DNA of 64,000 nucleotides from the human T2T-CHM13v2.0 reference genome, Homo sapiens (GCF_009914755.1 NC_060930.1), one strand, 5' to 3'; positions 14,922 to 31,818 are shown, counted from the stretch's first letter. Notes: generated by a model from the letters alone, not told the origin. Made by a program: numbers and translations.

Positions 14922-15288
14922 CACCATAAATGGAATGTGTGTGTTCCTCCTCCCCATCAAAACATTCACAGGTTAAATCCTAACACCCAATGTATGGTGT
15001 TTGGAGGTGGGGCCTTTGGGAGGTGATTAGGTCATAAGGGCAGAGCCCTCATGAGTGGGATTAGTGCCCTTATAAAAGAGGCCCCAGAGAGGTCCCTTGC
15101 CCCTTCCAACATGTGAGGACATAGTGAGAAGATGACCATCTATGAACCAGGAAGTGGGCCCTCTCCATTCACCAAATCTGCCTTGATCTTGGACTTCCCA
15201 GCCTTAGAAGTGTCAGAAATAAACTTCTGTTTTTTATAATTCACTCAATCTATCACATTCTGTTTTAGCAGCTGGAATGAACTAATGC
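14922..15288 (+). mobile_element. MLT1A-like LTR
   Basis: GGAGGTGGGGCCTTTGGGAGGTGATTAGGTCAT...GCCCTTATAAAAGAGGCCCCAGAGAG. Confidence 0.85.
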
Positions 15289-16666
15289 ATTTGGTCTTTG
15301 GGAAATTCTTCTAGCCCAGCTTCATTTATGCTCTAGCACCAAAGGAAAAAGTTCTCTGTTTGCTCGCAGGTCCTTCCAGTAGGAAGATAATGGATTAATA
15401 AGATAGATCTAAATGGGTAAATTTATCATTAGTGGAGTTTTATAAAATGCAGCTGCTACATTTGTTCTAAGAGTTACCTTGAATACAGGTCTGTAAGTAT
15501 AGCAAAATGGTTTGTGACCTTTTCCTAATGGCCTCAAAGTGATTACTAGGGTTGCCATCTAAGTATGTTACAGTTTTAATTATATGTCTGACAGTAAAAG
15601 TTGTTTCTTTTTAGTTGTACTCAAGGAAAAGCCTACGCATACGTGAGTGCCTGATGAACACCAGTTAAAAGGGTAAGGTTCTCAGGGTGAACTCATAAAC
15701 AGCCAGGGTAATCAGCCTCTGTGGTTAACCCAACCTGTCTTTTGTGGCTGAGGCATTTAGACTTTCCCGTTATGGCCAGCACATTCATTAACCAGTACAG
15801 AAAGCAAACAAATCGCAAGAGACTGGACAGCCAAATGTGATCACTTCTGGAGACTCCCCTTTGGGACCATTCAAGTTTCTGAAGCTTATGACCAACTGGG
15901 GCAGCCTTAGCATTTCAGAAGCCCTGCTCCACCTTGCTCAGAAAAGGTCCCCAGATGTCCTACCCCCTTTAGCCTTCTAAAGCTGAAGCTGTGAAGGAAT
16001 CAGAGGCTCTGATCTGTTGGACACCAGGTCTTATAAGGTCTTTGTATTCTCAGTGTCTGGCAAATAAATGCTTTGGAAATGAACTGACCAGGAACTCTTC
16101 GGGCTGACATAAATCATGGCAGATCCTAGATTCACATGAGCATTGAATTGAAGTGGAACAGCTTGAACTACCAAATCTGTGTAGCTTGAATTCACCTTGG
16201 TAAGCTTACATTACACACAGGATCTGCACAGTCAGAAGATACTCAACAGCTGCGTTTTAATGAAGGCACAGTAACCCATGGCATGGCAAGTGGTTGCTAC
16301 ATATTTTATGTGTATTTTTAAATAGGAAAATACCTTCATAGGCTTGTAGGGAAAGAAAATTTCCATCCCAAGTGAGTTTTCTACTGTGGGAACAAGGTTA
16401 AAAGGCAGTACAGAAACACCAGGGGATGATTGACTAATTTCAGGAAGCGGATGTTGTAAACAATGACATTCTAACCGCCGAAGAGCAAAACAGATATGAC
16501 TGGCTTCACATAGATTATCTTAAGCATTGTTTTAATTTCATCATGTTGAAAGGAACGGCATGTTTTCTTCTGTCCCAAGTTACGAATCCTTTCTCTTGAA
16601 AAATATTAATTGATCTCCCTTCTTCTTCCTAATTATATATCAAGTTCCCACAAAAAGTAAGTCTTC

Positions 16667-17042
<376 letters not shown>

Positions 17043-17249
17043 TAAAGGACAGAGCACGATTCGGTGCTAGCATTAGTTCCGTTGCACTTGATTTTCTTCC
17101 CCTAACCACCACCTCACTATTATTTCTCTGACTAATTGCTGGACTGGTGCGCTGCCTCAGTTTTCTCTGTAATAATACTGTCCATTCTTACAAGGTACTG
17201 CCAACTGCCCTAACCCAATGGTTGCTAGTAATTGTTTATGTGAGTAGCT

Positions 17250-17600
17250 CAGGGAGAGATTCCAGAACCAAAGTTCTAGGGTCACACTGGAGCCTACTCC
17301 ATGCTCTACGTCTTACCAGCTATGCGCCCTCAAGCCAGTTACTTAACCTCTGTGCCTCAATTTCCCCATTTGGAAAATGGAACAGTACTATCTGCCTCTT
17401 AGGCTTGTTGCAATGATTAAGATTCTTCACATAGAGCTCCTGGAACAGTGCCCGGCACAAAGAAAGAGCTCAGGAATTATTCGCTCAGTATTGTCCTCCA
17501 AAGTTACCATCCTCATTTTACAGCTTAGTGGATAGAGGCCCAGGGAGGTTGAATGACTTGCCCATGGTTTTTCAGCCATTTGGTGGATGCTCAGGCCCAA
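17250..17600. mobile_element. Two adjacent MIRs in opposite orientation
   Basis: TTACTTAACCTCTGTGCCTCAATTTCCCCATTTG then ATTTTACAG...TGACTTGCCCA. Confidence 0.75.
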
Positions 17601-17914
17601 GTGTGCTGGCCAAGACAGGGCTCTCGCCTGGGATACTTACATTTAGGTAAGTGGGAAATGCTCCCAGGTACAGTGTTGTGGGAAGAAAAGATTATATGAC
17701 CAAGATCAATTTTGCATATTAAAGATTGTGGCTTCTAAGGAAAGATATAAAAAAGTCAATGAGGTAAACTCAAGTATTATTCTTTTAAGCTTTTCCTGGT
17801 GGAACTGTTCATAGTTATATTCGTGTGACAAATAGTTACTGGTACCTACTATGGGCTAGAAGTAGAATATATGATAGGCACGGGGGTACAGTTGAGGACA
17901 GAAATAGACAGAAG

Positions 17915-18212
17915 GGCTGGGCACAGTGGCTCACGCCTATAATCCTAGCACTCTGGGAGGCCGAGGTGGTTGGATCACCTGAGGTCAGGAGTTCAAGACC
18001 AGCCTGGCCAACATGGTGAAACCCCATCTCTATTAAAATTACAAAAATTAGCTGGGCATGGTGGCGTGCCCCTGTAGTCCCAGCTACTTGGGAGGCTGAG
18101 GCAGGAGAATAGCTTGAACTTGGGAGACAGGTTGCAGTGAGCTGAGATCGTGCCACTGCACTCCAGCCTGGGTGACAGAGTGAGACTCCATCTAAAAAAA
18201 AAAAAAAAAAAA
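17915..18212 (+). mobile_element. AluSx-like
   Basis: TSD AGAAAT(A/T)GACAGAA. Confidence 0.93.
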
Positions 18213-18988
18213 GAAATTGACAGAAAGCCCTGCTCTCGTGGAGGAGATATTTTCTGAGTCTGGGGCACAACCCATCAATATATACTTTCTCTGCCAGGTA
18301 CCTGCACATTTATATGGATGAGCAATACATAAGTCATACAGAAAAATTGGTGTTATTTCTTTATGGCCACACCTCAGTAAGTAAATCTATGTGCTTAAAC
18401 ATGTTTTTTTAGTATTTTGCTGTTGGTGCTTCATAGCAAGTAAGACTTTAACATACAGACTATTTAAAATAAAATAAATCTATTGAATTTTACCCACTAA
18501 AGAGAGTGTGTATCTTTAAAGTCCTTTACTTGGGAGGGTTTATGATTATTCTCATGATACTTCTTAGCTCATGGCATTTGAGGGATGTTTCCTTTCAGCT
18601 ACAATTATCTTCAGAAGTAGCTTAGAAACATGAAAAAAAAAATTCAATCTCATTTTTTAAATAGTTACATCTTGTTTTTGCTCAATATAGCATTTCCCAG
18701 CCTGATCACCCAAACTTGTGGAAAGTGGCTTTGAATGCTTTCAACAATAAAATTCATTCCCCCAAGTTGAAAGTTTGCCACTCAATGGGATATTCTGATC
18801 AGTGTGTGCCAAGCTGTACCTGCAACTGAGAAAAGGGAGCTTATGAAATTCATTGTTGTGAGATTTTTGTGTGTAGCCTCCCATAATGACTATTATTAAT
18901 TTGTATAAGCCAGCCCCATTGTTAGAAAACCAGTCCCACTACTTTATGTCATCTCTTAGATTATATAAAGCTCTTCCCTTACCTTTTA

Positions 18989-19300
<312 letters not shown>

Positions 19301-19755
19301 TAAAATAAACTTTTTGAGAGTGAGTACCTAATGTTCTTCACATGTTATAATCTCCAAAACATCTCAATTGGTAGTAATGATCATCATAGTAACTGGAAAA
19401 GTAGATTCAAATATGGGTTGAAATCTTTACTACTTGATAATATGCATAGGAAGGGAAAATATAAAAGAAAGAACATGGTCAAAGACAAACTGTTTGGGAC
19501 CACTAAAGTACTGAAAAGAATAGCTGTTGGAAACTCCAAGTTCAACCAGTAACTATTTCTTAAATATCAACACTTTATTCCTCAAATCATTTTCAACACT
19601 AGTACTTCTTTTTATCCTCCTAGAGGCAATGCAATTCTTCCACTAATATCTTCATGACTTGAAATTTTCAGAAGGAAAGTCAACAAGATAAAAGTGCAAG
19701 AAAAAAATAATAGAAAAGGTAAAAAAAAAATGAGGCAGAAATGATTAAATGGTAA

Positions 19756-20265
<510 letters not shown>

Positions 20266-21167
20266 TAAAACAGTGTAACTCTTTCCCCTCATGACACACA
20301 CTTCTGGGTGCCTCCTTTACTCATAAAGACCACATGTCCCCATCATCAGCTTTCCCAAAGTTTTATATTTATGTATTTAATTTACACTTGCACATGTGAC
20401 ATTGTCCTTAGGAAGGTTAGAAGGAATAAAGAAAAAGGAACAGTGGGACAAGGCAATAACAAACATTATTTTTGTTGCCTTTCTCAAATGATTTAATCTT
20501 AACCAATCATTTGAGAAAGGCAGTGAAAATAATTTTGGTTTATTGATTAACCCCAAGAGTTGGTTCTTTTTCTTTTTCAAAGGGAAAAAATGAAAAAAAA
20601 AAGTTTCCCAATACTCAGACGTAGTAACTTTTCAATTTGCCCAGTGGATCAGTACAGGGATAATTCAAACACTCCTTGGACATCTCTGGAGTATGCTTTC
20701 AGCATCACCTCCCCTTCACCTCCTCCACTATTATGTACCCATTCTCACCTTTTATACTTATTTCCTCCCAGCCACCCATCTCAACAGTTACTATTCATTG
20801 TAAATATTTACTGTTCCTTACCGTTAACAATAACTATTGTTATTATATGAATAACTGCCATTATTATCAGTAATAAACATTGCCACGAATTACTTATCTG
20901 TGGGAAGCAGGCAAATGGCAGGCCAATGGCAGTGGACATCAAAAGACTTAAAACAGCCCATTTCCTCCAAGCACATCCAATTCGCTCACCTATGCTGGAT
21001 ACCCTTCCTGCATAAGTTACCTTTCAGCCTATAACAGCCACAATAAATTAACAAGCAGTGCTGTTGCTGGGGCCCTGGATGATACAATGTACAGCTGGGT
21101 GTAGCTGGGTAACTGCACTGCTAGCTCAAAGATCAACTTAAACCACTGGTGCACACTTCAGAAATAA

Positions 21168-21481
21168 TGTCACGTGCTGCAAAACAACGTTCAGTCAATG
21201 ATGCTGGTCCCATAAGATGATGTATATATAAGATGTGTATCTATTTTTAGATACACAAATACTATTGTGTTACAAATGCCTACAGTATTCAGTACAGTAG
21301 CATGCAGTACAGGTTGGTAGCCTAGGGGTAAATTGGCTATGCCATATATCCTAGGTGTGTAGTGGTAGGCTATTTCATTTAGGTTTGGGGAAGTACATTC
21401 TATGATGTTTGCACAAGGATGAAATCACCTAAGGACACACTTCTGAGAAGGTATCCCCATCATCAAGTGATGCTTCACTGT
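21168..21481 (+). mobile_element. Tigger3/MER7-family element
   Basis: GGTCCCATAAGAT...TGCCTACAGTATTCAGTACAGTA...CCTAGGTGTGTAG. Confidence 0.75.
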
Positions 21482-21558
21482 TACAGAACTATGTCCTTCG
21501 TATAATCCTGTATCAGGTTGTGATCAAGAAAATGAAAGAGGATGGTTATCCAGTATGA

Positions 21559-22170
<612 letters not shown>

Positions 22171-22804
22171 TCAGAAATCATGGAACCCTACTCCTTCATA
22201 GATGAGAAAACCAAAGCCCATTCAAGGTAAGTGACTTGCCCACAGAGGGCAGTGGACGAGGAGGGGCTGAACTTCCATCCTCTGATTTCCCGATTGCTAT
22301 TCTTTCCACGTGGCCCTGAGATCCTGGCTCCAAGTTCTCACTTTCTGTTTCGGTGGAAGCATTTGTGTACAGTAATTTCAATGTTGCATTTCTTTTAACT
22401 TTCAAGAAAATAATGAATAGTATTTACTTCTGCTGATTGTTGCTTGGAATTTGGAGGCAAATGAGATTGACGGCATGATCTCAACTGGAATCTCAGACTT
22501 TCCAATCACACACCAGGAAGATAGAAGTGTTCGGTAGCCATCAAGAACACTATCAGAATGATGAATTGTTTTGAGGGTGACCAGGACTAGGATCGGACCT
22601 CTTCAAGGCTGAATTACGCCTTGATAAAGTTGTGTAACTAAATGCAGTAAAATGAACAGAGATTCCATATGCTGAACAGGACTTGCAGAAGACTGGCTCT
22701 TTGAGGTACTTACATTATTTTGCCACAAGATATAAAACAAGAGTAATCAGGATAAAAGCAGGGCAATAATGAAGAGACGCCCACAAAGAAGAGTCCAAGT
22801 CCCT

Positions 22805-23690
22805 TGTATTAGTTTCCTAGGGCTGCCAAAACAAAGTACCACAAACTAGGTGGCTTAAAACAATGGACATTCATTATCTCACAGCTCTAAGGCTGGATGT
22901 CTGATATCAAGGAGTCAGCAGGGCCACACTCCCTCAGATGGTTCTAGAAAACTATGTTTCATTGCCTCTTTCAGCTCCTGGTGGCCCCAGGTGTTCCTTG
23001 GCTCATGGCAACATCACTCCAGTCTCTGCTCACCTTGGCCTTCATGTGGTTTTTCTGAGTCCCATCCTCTTCTTACAAGGACACCAGTCCACCCTAATTC
23101 TGGGATGATTTCATCATGAAATCTTATATAGTTTGGATATGTGTCCTTGCCCAAATCTCATGTTGAAGTACTAAAAATTCCCAATGTAAGAGGTAGGACC
23201 TGGTGGGAGGTGATTGGACCATGGGGGTGGATTTCTCATGAATGGAATGCCCACAAAGTGGGCATTAGTGGTTTAGCACCACCCGCTTGGTGCTGTTCTC
23301 CTGATAGTGAGTGAGTTCTCACAAGATCTGGTTGTTTAAAGTGTGTAGCACCTCCCCACCATTGCTCTCTCTTGTTTCTGCCCAGGCCATGTGACATGCT
23401 TGCTCCCCTTCCGCCTTCTGCCATGATTGTAAGTTTCCTGAGGCCTCCCCAAAAGCCAAGCAGGTGCCAGCACCATTCTTCCAGTGTAGCCTGTAGAACC
23501 AAGTGCCAATTAAACTTATTTTCTTTATAAATTTCCCGGTCACAGGTATTTCTTTGTAGCAAGGCGAGAATGGACCAATACAAAATTCTGAACTAATTAC
23601 GTCTGCAAAAACTCTACTTCCAAATAAGGTCATATTCTGAGGTTGTAGGTGGAAATTACTTTTGGGAGGACACTATTCAATTCACTGTTT
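22805..23690 (-). mobile_element. MLT1 LTR interrupted by MST LTR
   Basis: TGTATTAGTTTCCTAGGGCTGCC...; resumes CCAAATAAGGTCATATTCTGAGG. Confidence 0.8.
23124..23582 (+). mobile_element. MSTA-like MaLR LTR
   Basis: ATAGTTTGGATATGTGTCC...CCATGATTGTAAGTTTCCTGAGGCCTCCCC...GGACCAATACA. Confidence 0.85.
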
Positions 23691-24174
23691 CATTGCAACA
23701 CCTCCAGAAACAACTTGGATACTGGACCAGGCAAGACAGTTCCTTTGATGTTGTTCATGAAAGTTAACAGAGTCCTTAAAGGACTGGGTTGACTCAGGAA
23801 GTGGTAAATAGTACCTATGTCAGAAGCCACAGCATAATGTGTGCCTTTTGATTACTGTGGTTTGAGTGAGTGTTGCAAAGAGCCGCAGACCACAGTGGCT
23901 TGTTGAGGCTGCCGATGATCTTGAGGTCAGTGTCCTACAGTCACAAAACCCCTGACTCCTACCCACTAGATGACTACCACTCAGAAAAATCATCCTTTCC
24001 ATGGGATTTTGCTATTATTGGATTTTTGTTTGTTTGTTCATTTTTAGTGTTTTAAGAAAGAAATGTATGTGAAAAGGAATATTAACTACTTGGTAATTTA
24101 TATATGGAATATGCTGATAGCAGGACTTAGCTTTATTTGTTTGCTAATATTTAAATTTAAAAGACCTGAATTTA

Positions 24175-24924
<750 letters not shown>

Positions 24925-26105
24925 TTATAAATATTTTATATAACATAGATGGCAACCTACTTATGACTACTGATTGAATTAATATGGTTTTTACTAAAAG
25001 TATTTAAGGTATTTATTCATAGAAAGGCATTTACTTGGATATCAAATTTCTTTTCTGATTCACCTTTTATCCTTGAGTAAGGAGAATGTGATGTGATATA
25101 TACATATGCATACATGTATATTAATTAACCAACAACTCTTATAAGTCTCAGTTTAAAGGACCTTCCTATAGGAAGCCCTGCCTGACACCATTATTAGATC
25201 AGGTGTCTTATCCTATGCTTCTAAAGAAACTGTTTTCCTCAATTCTGGCATTTACATTTTAATGCAATCACTTACTTGTCTATATTTCTCTGAAGACTAA
25301 ATGAAGAAAGGGCCCTTGTTTTCTTGTTCACCCTGAAGCCTAGAACAGCTCCCCATATGTATAAAAGGATGACACTGAATGAATGAGTGAGCAAAAATCA
25401 CTCGAAGGATTATTTAGAAATTACACTGAGTCGGGATATAGTTAAATGTTTTGAAAACTCAAAATGGATGCATGGGGTATTGAGGTAATCCTATTTTGTT
25501 AAATCTGATCACTTCAAATACCTCATTCCCTACATTATGGGCTGCATGTGATATTCTACTTTGCACTTAAAATTGATAAGCTAATTTTAAAAATAATAAG
25601 TTGAGCATTTAGTAGATAATTTATAGACATTCTGCAACATAGATGGGTTCGTTGGAAAGGGAGAGGGATGCTGGGCTGGAAGACTATGGGTAGTTACGCC
25701 TTACATATGAAAATGGTCTTTGTTGGAACAAGGGAGAGGATTTCTCAGGGCAAGTGCTCCCTAGAGCAGCCAAGATGGGAGGCAGAGGTCTCAGAAGAGT
25801 GAGCTCCTCTGCTGGATAAATTTAAATGTCTTTAGTCTTTATTAAGTACCCATTGACAGCTCTGCCTTATGGTCAAGTTACGGAAAGCACAAGAGAAGAC
25901 CTCGTCCGGGCTCTCAACATTCTCAGTAGAGGCTTTCAGCTCTCACCCTTCTGCAAAAGTTTTCCTTCATTGGACACAGACTCCTAAACATGTTGGAGAG
26001 GAGGAACCACTGCATGTGGCTGAGAAAACATTCTTTTCCACCATAGATGCCAAGCCCATGGATCCTGCTTGGTATTCTATAAGTCTTTGAGGGTATGGTA
26101 GATGT

Positions 26106-26587
26106 GATGAGTTGAATTGTGTTGCCCAAAAGAAATATGTTGACATCCTAACTTCTAGTACCTCAGAATGGGATCTCATTCAGAAATAAGGTCTTTAAAG
26201 AGATGAGCAAGTTACAATGAGGTCATCAGGGTGGGCCGAAATGCAGTATGACTGGTGTCCTCATAAAAAGGGAAATCTGAACACAGACAGACATGCAGAG
26301 TCTTCTGGAAGACTATGTGAAGGCAAACAGGAAGAATGCCATGTGAAGATCAGGGAGAGATCAGGGTGTTGTGTCTACAAGCCAAGGGGTGCCTAAGATT
26401 GCCAGCACCACCAGAAGCACGAAGAGGCACAGAATGGATTCTCCCTCACAGCCTTCAGAAAGAACCCACCCTGCTGACACCTTGATTTCAGACTTCCAGG
26501 CTCCAGGACTGTGAGGCAATAAAGTTGCATTATTTTAAGCCACCCAGTTTGTGGCACTTTGCCATGGCAGCCTTGAGAAGCTAATAG
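26106..26587 (+). mobile_element. MLT1B/C LTR
   Basis: TGTGATGAGTTGAATTGTG...TTTTAAGCCACCCAGTTTGTGG...CTAATA. Confidence 0.85.
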
Positions 26588-27439
26588 AGTAGGTGTCTGT
26601 TGCTTGCTTGTATCTTTCCTCAACAATGAGCACAATGTTTATTGAAAAGAAAAATGAATGCTCTAAGAGCTGCTGGAGTCTCCTGAAAGTGAAGATGAGG
26701 GGACTGATGTTGAGCAAAAAAACCAAAACAAAAGAAAACCCTGCAAAGTTGGTAAGGAGGAAATTTAAATACGGTTGATAATGTAAACAAATGCTTTAAC
26801 TAGGAGCACATAGCTGCCAAAATATCCCACGTCATCAAAATGCAAATGTAGCTGTATGGAATGGAACTTTGGACTATGCAGCCGAGAAGAAGCGGGGTGA
26901 AAAGTATACATGGTATACATGTTGAAATCAAGAAGTATAAACAAAGCTTCCCCACAAGTCTGTACAGGACTAAGTATGCCTTTTCTCTGTGTTGTGGGTA
27001 GAGCTGGCATTTGCTTGAACAGTGGATAGTGATTGAAGTATCCATTTTGGTGGTGCAAAGTGTAATGCAGCGATTGCTACCCTCAAAAAACAGACCCAAT
27101 TTCGTATAGATAATATTTATAGTCAATAAAAATTGTCCTTTCAGCAAAGAGTAGCCTTAGTTGCATTTAAGACCATCATCACAAGTTCTAGATAAAACAC
27201 TATGCCATACTTTCATTCCCTATGCTGTAAGAAGCAAACAGAAACAAAATCACCTCCAGAGCAAAATGAAATTGTACTAATATGAAATTCTGAGTTTGAA
27301 TGAGGGTCTGTGTCTCATAGATGACAACAAAGATAAGAAAGGAGGGCTCCTTTTAGACATCAGAGGCCTGTGTTCATCAGGAACCTGATGCTGAATCATT
27401 GGAGGGTAAATGAACCTTCCAAGGTTCAGTGTTTAGAAT

Positions 27440-27905
27440 GTTGTAGACCAGCAGTCTCATCATGATCTATAGGAAGTCAGCCCGAGATATTGCAAACAAA
27501 CTGGAACATATACTGGAAATACTGGGAGAGAGAAGGCACCTAGCAGTTTTCTGGGGAGGTGGTTTTCTGGAGAGGAAAGAAGACACAGAGGAAATGTGAT
27601 GGTTGAATTCAATGATCTGAACAGCTTGTCCAGCATGACTTCATTGGCTTAGAATGAGGACTAACAGTGAGTGAAAATTGAAGGATCAAGGCTCAGCTCA
27701 TTTTATCAAAGAACTTTTTAATAGTTGAAATCTGCAGTGACAGGACATCCTGCCTGCCTGGGTGCAGGGTAGTGAGTATCCTGTGATGAGAGGTGCTCAC
27801 ACAGCAGACAGGTCATTACTTGGAAGTGATGCTGCAGAGGACAATCAAGAGAGTGGCAGCTGGGTGGGGTGACTTTTAAGGTCCTGTCAACTCTGAGTTT
27901 CTACA
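27440..27905 (+). mobile_element. CR1/L3 3' fragment
   Basis: GGTAGTGAG..CCTGTGATGAGAGGTG...TTTAAGGTCCTGTCAACTCTGAG end. Confidence 0.55.
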
Positions 27906-27991
27906 TCAAAAGGAATTCTGAAAGATAAAGCAGTATTTAATTTTAATGTCTCTGACTAGCATACTTTCTTTCTATAGTTCTTTTGTTCTCC

Positions 27992-28276
27992 TTTTTTTTT
28001 TTTTTTTTTTTTGAGACAGAGTCTTGCTCTGTTGCCCGGGCTGGAGTTGCAGTGGTGCGATCATAGCTCACTGCAGCCCCAAACTCCTGGGCTCAAGTGA
28101 TCCTCCTGCCTCAGCTTCCCAAGCAGCTAGGCATTACCAAGCCTGGCTATTTTTTGAAATTTTTTTGTAGAGATGGGGTCTCTCCTGGCTGCTCTCAAAT
28201 TCCTGGCCTCAAGTGACCCTTCTGCCTCAACCTCCCAAAGCTCTGGGATTACAGGCATGACCCATTGCCCTTGGCC
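27992..28276 (-). mobile_element. AluJ
   Basis: Antisense Alu, TSD TTGTTCTCC. Confidence 0.9.
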
Positions 28277-29219
28277 TTGTTCTCCAATTTTATATGTAAT
28301 TGATAGACCTTGGAATTGATTAAAGTGATTTAATTCATGTTTCTCATATCAAATTTTGTGTTATGTCATAAACTGTAGACTAAGAAAATGTAAAAATGCT
28401 GTCAGAACATCACGATGATAGCAAAAGTATAATGTTATAATTAAGATGGATAATGCGATTTTACTCCATAAAATATATGCTGCCTGAAGCCTCAGATGAT
28501 CATTTTTTTTAAATCAATATGGAAGTCAGCATGTCAATGACACCTGGTAAAATTGTACTTTGAAGAAAATGGTGCAAATAGAAAGTCATTTTTAAAATGT
28601 AACGCATATAATGAAAGTTGCTTTTAAGAAAGCCATACAACTTTACAGAACAATCATTTTGTGAAAAATACTATGCCAAGCACTAAAAAAGGCAACATAG
28701 AGATATACAGTTTCATTAAAAAATTATAAAAACAGCAAAAGTTTTATGTTGAAATGTTTATACTAAAATCTTAATTTTAAAGCAATAATCCCACTTGCCT
28801 ATTGTCTTTACCCACAGTTTATGAGTAAGTGAAATATATATGTCCTACCTTATGGTTCTAAGAGTCAGAGCTAAACGAAAAGGTATAATCAGGGAGGTGG
28901 TGCTTCCTCCTCAGCCCTACTATGTCGTTCCTATTCCATGCCGCTTTCCATGGGTAACCAATCTCCTTGGCTGCTCTCCAGGTCGCAAATACTGCCTTTC
29001 CTGAATTCATTCTATAGGAAGCTGAGTAGTTCTAGGCAGGAGGAGTGCACATTGTGAGGAGTGAGGCTGGAGATACCTGTAGCCATAAGCTTGGATGTTG
29101 GGTACATGATACTCTCTGGGGAGGCTGGGGCTGGGCCTCAAGCTGATAGATCAGGAGGCCTGCAAATCTATAGATAAGAAATCACCCCAAGTCTGCTTGA
29201 AGGGCAATAGGAGAGAGGC

Positions 29220-31285
29220 TGGAAAAGAAGACATGCTTTTTTGATAAAAAGAACACTTGAGCGAGCAAATCCTCCATTAGCTGCAGTACAGAAATCAGAT
29301 TTAGACCTGGATCTTAAAACATACACATATTTGCTCATCGGTGCAAAAGAAATTCAGGAAAAATAAACAAGAAATGAAGGAGATGGCATGGAATGTGGAC
29401 CAAGAACAAAGTAGAAATGATGTCAGAATATCACAATGACAGTGTAAGTACAACATCGTAATCACATTTATAGTGTAATGGGAAAGAGGTGGTGGTATGG
29501 TGAGGAATAGAAAGGAGGTAGTAGGGCTCAGAAGGGAGCCACACTTGTCTGAGAAAACCGTTTTGTATAGCTCTGACTTTTATAAGCACAGTAATATTTC
29601 ACCTAGCTGCCAAATGCCCCAAATGTCACAAACAAAACAACTAGCATGAGGGGGAACCCAAATTGTAATACAAGCAGTTTAACAAATGAACTGAACTTAT
29701 CCCAAATGGATAGAATAACCACACCAAAAGGAGTAAAGAAAAAAAAGGACTAAGCCAGGTAACTTTGGTCAATAGTATCTTCATGGGATATTATAAAGCT
29801 TAAGACCAGAAAACTGTACATAAAGGCTATAATTTAGTAAGTACACGTTTTTCTCATAAGAGCATGAGTTAGCAATCCTGAAAATATTTATATTAGAATC
29901 AGGCAAATAAGTCTATTGTAGATAATGACATCTGGGTTTCTCACTGTTAGACAAAGAGGCTGTAAATGAAAGAGGAAGGCTAGAATGAAACTTGATTGTT
30001 AGGTTGAAATTAGTGGCACCATTACAAACTCACGGTCTTAAATATATATACACACCCACAGATACATACAGAAATATAGATGTGTGTGTATAACTACGTT
30101 AGTCTATACACACATATTTCCCAGCTCCGTCCACCGAGAGCACCTAGAAACAACATTCCAGTAGCAATAAGCATGCCTCACACCCAGATTTTGGTTTCTA
30201 AACACCTTTCTCCAATAGAAGGAACCAGAGCTTCCTGAGGAAGTCATTAATTCCAGGCCTGGGGCAGGGAAAACACTAGATGAGTCTGGAATGTTGTTGG
30301 CACTAGAAAGTTAATGAAGTGCTCAAAAAAGATGGGGTTCCTTAGAGGGACACAGGAGCCAAACTGAAGGAACTCTTAGTGGCCAAAGCTGGAACAGCAT
30401 GAGCAATAAAACTGATAATGATAGTATTGGATTATAAATGAAAGAAGAAGACACATCCATGAGTCCATACTGATATACTTAACCAATTGAATAAATACCT
30501 AAAAAGGCAAAAATGATGACCCTTCCTTGTAATAGAATTCCAATGAATAAATGTGGAAAAAAAGAGTGAAATAAAAAATCACTACTAGGTATAGTAGTTT
30601 TTGCAGTCAAAATCCACCGATAGATACTAAAAATAGTTGGGTGTGAGTTTGGGGATAAGCAGGATTTTTGCATAATCTCAAAGTATCTCTCTGCAAAATA
30701 TTTATTAGTCACACAGTGAAAAATCGTAACTTTATAGTAAGAAACTCTGAAGAGACCACCTTAACCAAGCGATCAAGGTTAACATCACCAATAAGAAGAC
30801 ATGTTGATATTACAAATCCTTTGAAGTGACAATTTATGTGGCATTTCTGCCAAAATTGAATAACCTCATTCTAAGCTTGAGGAAACTTTACATGAACCCA
30901 AACTGAGGGATATTCTAAGGAAGAGGTAACTGGGACTCTTCAAAAGTATCAAGGTCATGAAAGCAAAGAAAGGCTGAGGATCTGTCACCAGTTGGAGAAG
31001 ACTAAGGGGACATGACCACTAAATGTAATGGGAGATCCTGGACTGGATCCCGAAACAGAAAAAGGGCATTATTGGAAAAATGGGTGATACTCCAGCAAGG
31101 TCTATAGTTTAGTGAGTAGCACTATACCAGTGTTAATTTCCTGGTCTGAACATTGTACAATGGTTACATAAGATGTTTTAATTGGGAGAAACCAGGTGAG
31201 AGGGATATGGGAATTCTTTGTGCTATTTCTGAAACTTCTCTGCAAGTCCCAAATTAGTTCAAAATTAAAAGTTAAAAAAAGAAAA
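29220..31285 (+). mobile_element. L1MC/L1MD long 3' UTR
   Basis: CCAGTAGCAATAAGC..CCCAGATTTTGGTTTCTAAA; ACCTTAACCAAGCGATCAAGGTTAACATCACCA; A-rich end. Confidence 0.8.
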
Positions 31286-31584
31286 TAATTCTGCAAGTTT
31301 AATTAGTTCACTAGAATCATTTATGTCCCTGTGTATGTGTGTGTGTGAGTGAAGTATGTCCTGGAATAACTTCTCAGTGAAATAAAATACGGAATGCTGC
31401 CATGTTTGTATCAAAGAAGAGACATTTTGACTAATACTCTCACTCCATTAAGTCATTCTAATAAGCATAGTTGTTGTTTGGTATTTAGACTGCAATCTAA
31501 AGCTCCAAAACTCAAGTTTATTTGTTAATAGACATCATAAGCTATACTTTTTTCCTCTTTGGGGATTTAGGGAAGACCCTGTTA

Positions 31585-31818
31585 TTTTTTTTTAAATATA
31601 TATATATATATACTGTAAGTTCTGGAATACATGTGCAGAACATGCAGGTTTCTTACATAGGTATACATGTGCCATGGTGGTTTGTTGCACTCATCAATCT
31701 GTCATCTACATTAGGTATTTCTCCTAACGCTATCCCTCCCCTAGCCCCCACCCCCCGACAGGCTCTGGTGTGTGATGTTCCCCTCCCTGTGTCCATGTGT
31801 TTTCATTGTTGAACTCCC
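31585..31818 (-). mobile_element. Short truncated L1PA 3' end
   Basis: ATACATGTGCAGAACATGCAGGTT; TSD TAGGGAAGACC. Confidence 0.88.

Noticed and set aside
17836-18309. Alu-derived ORFs (also 21688-22161, 24505-24894 and others)
   Set aside because: Standard translations of antisense Alu sequence
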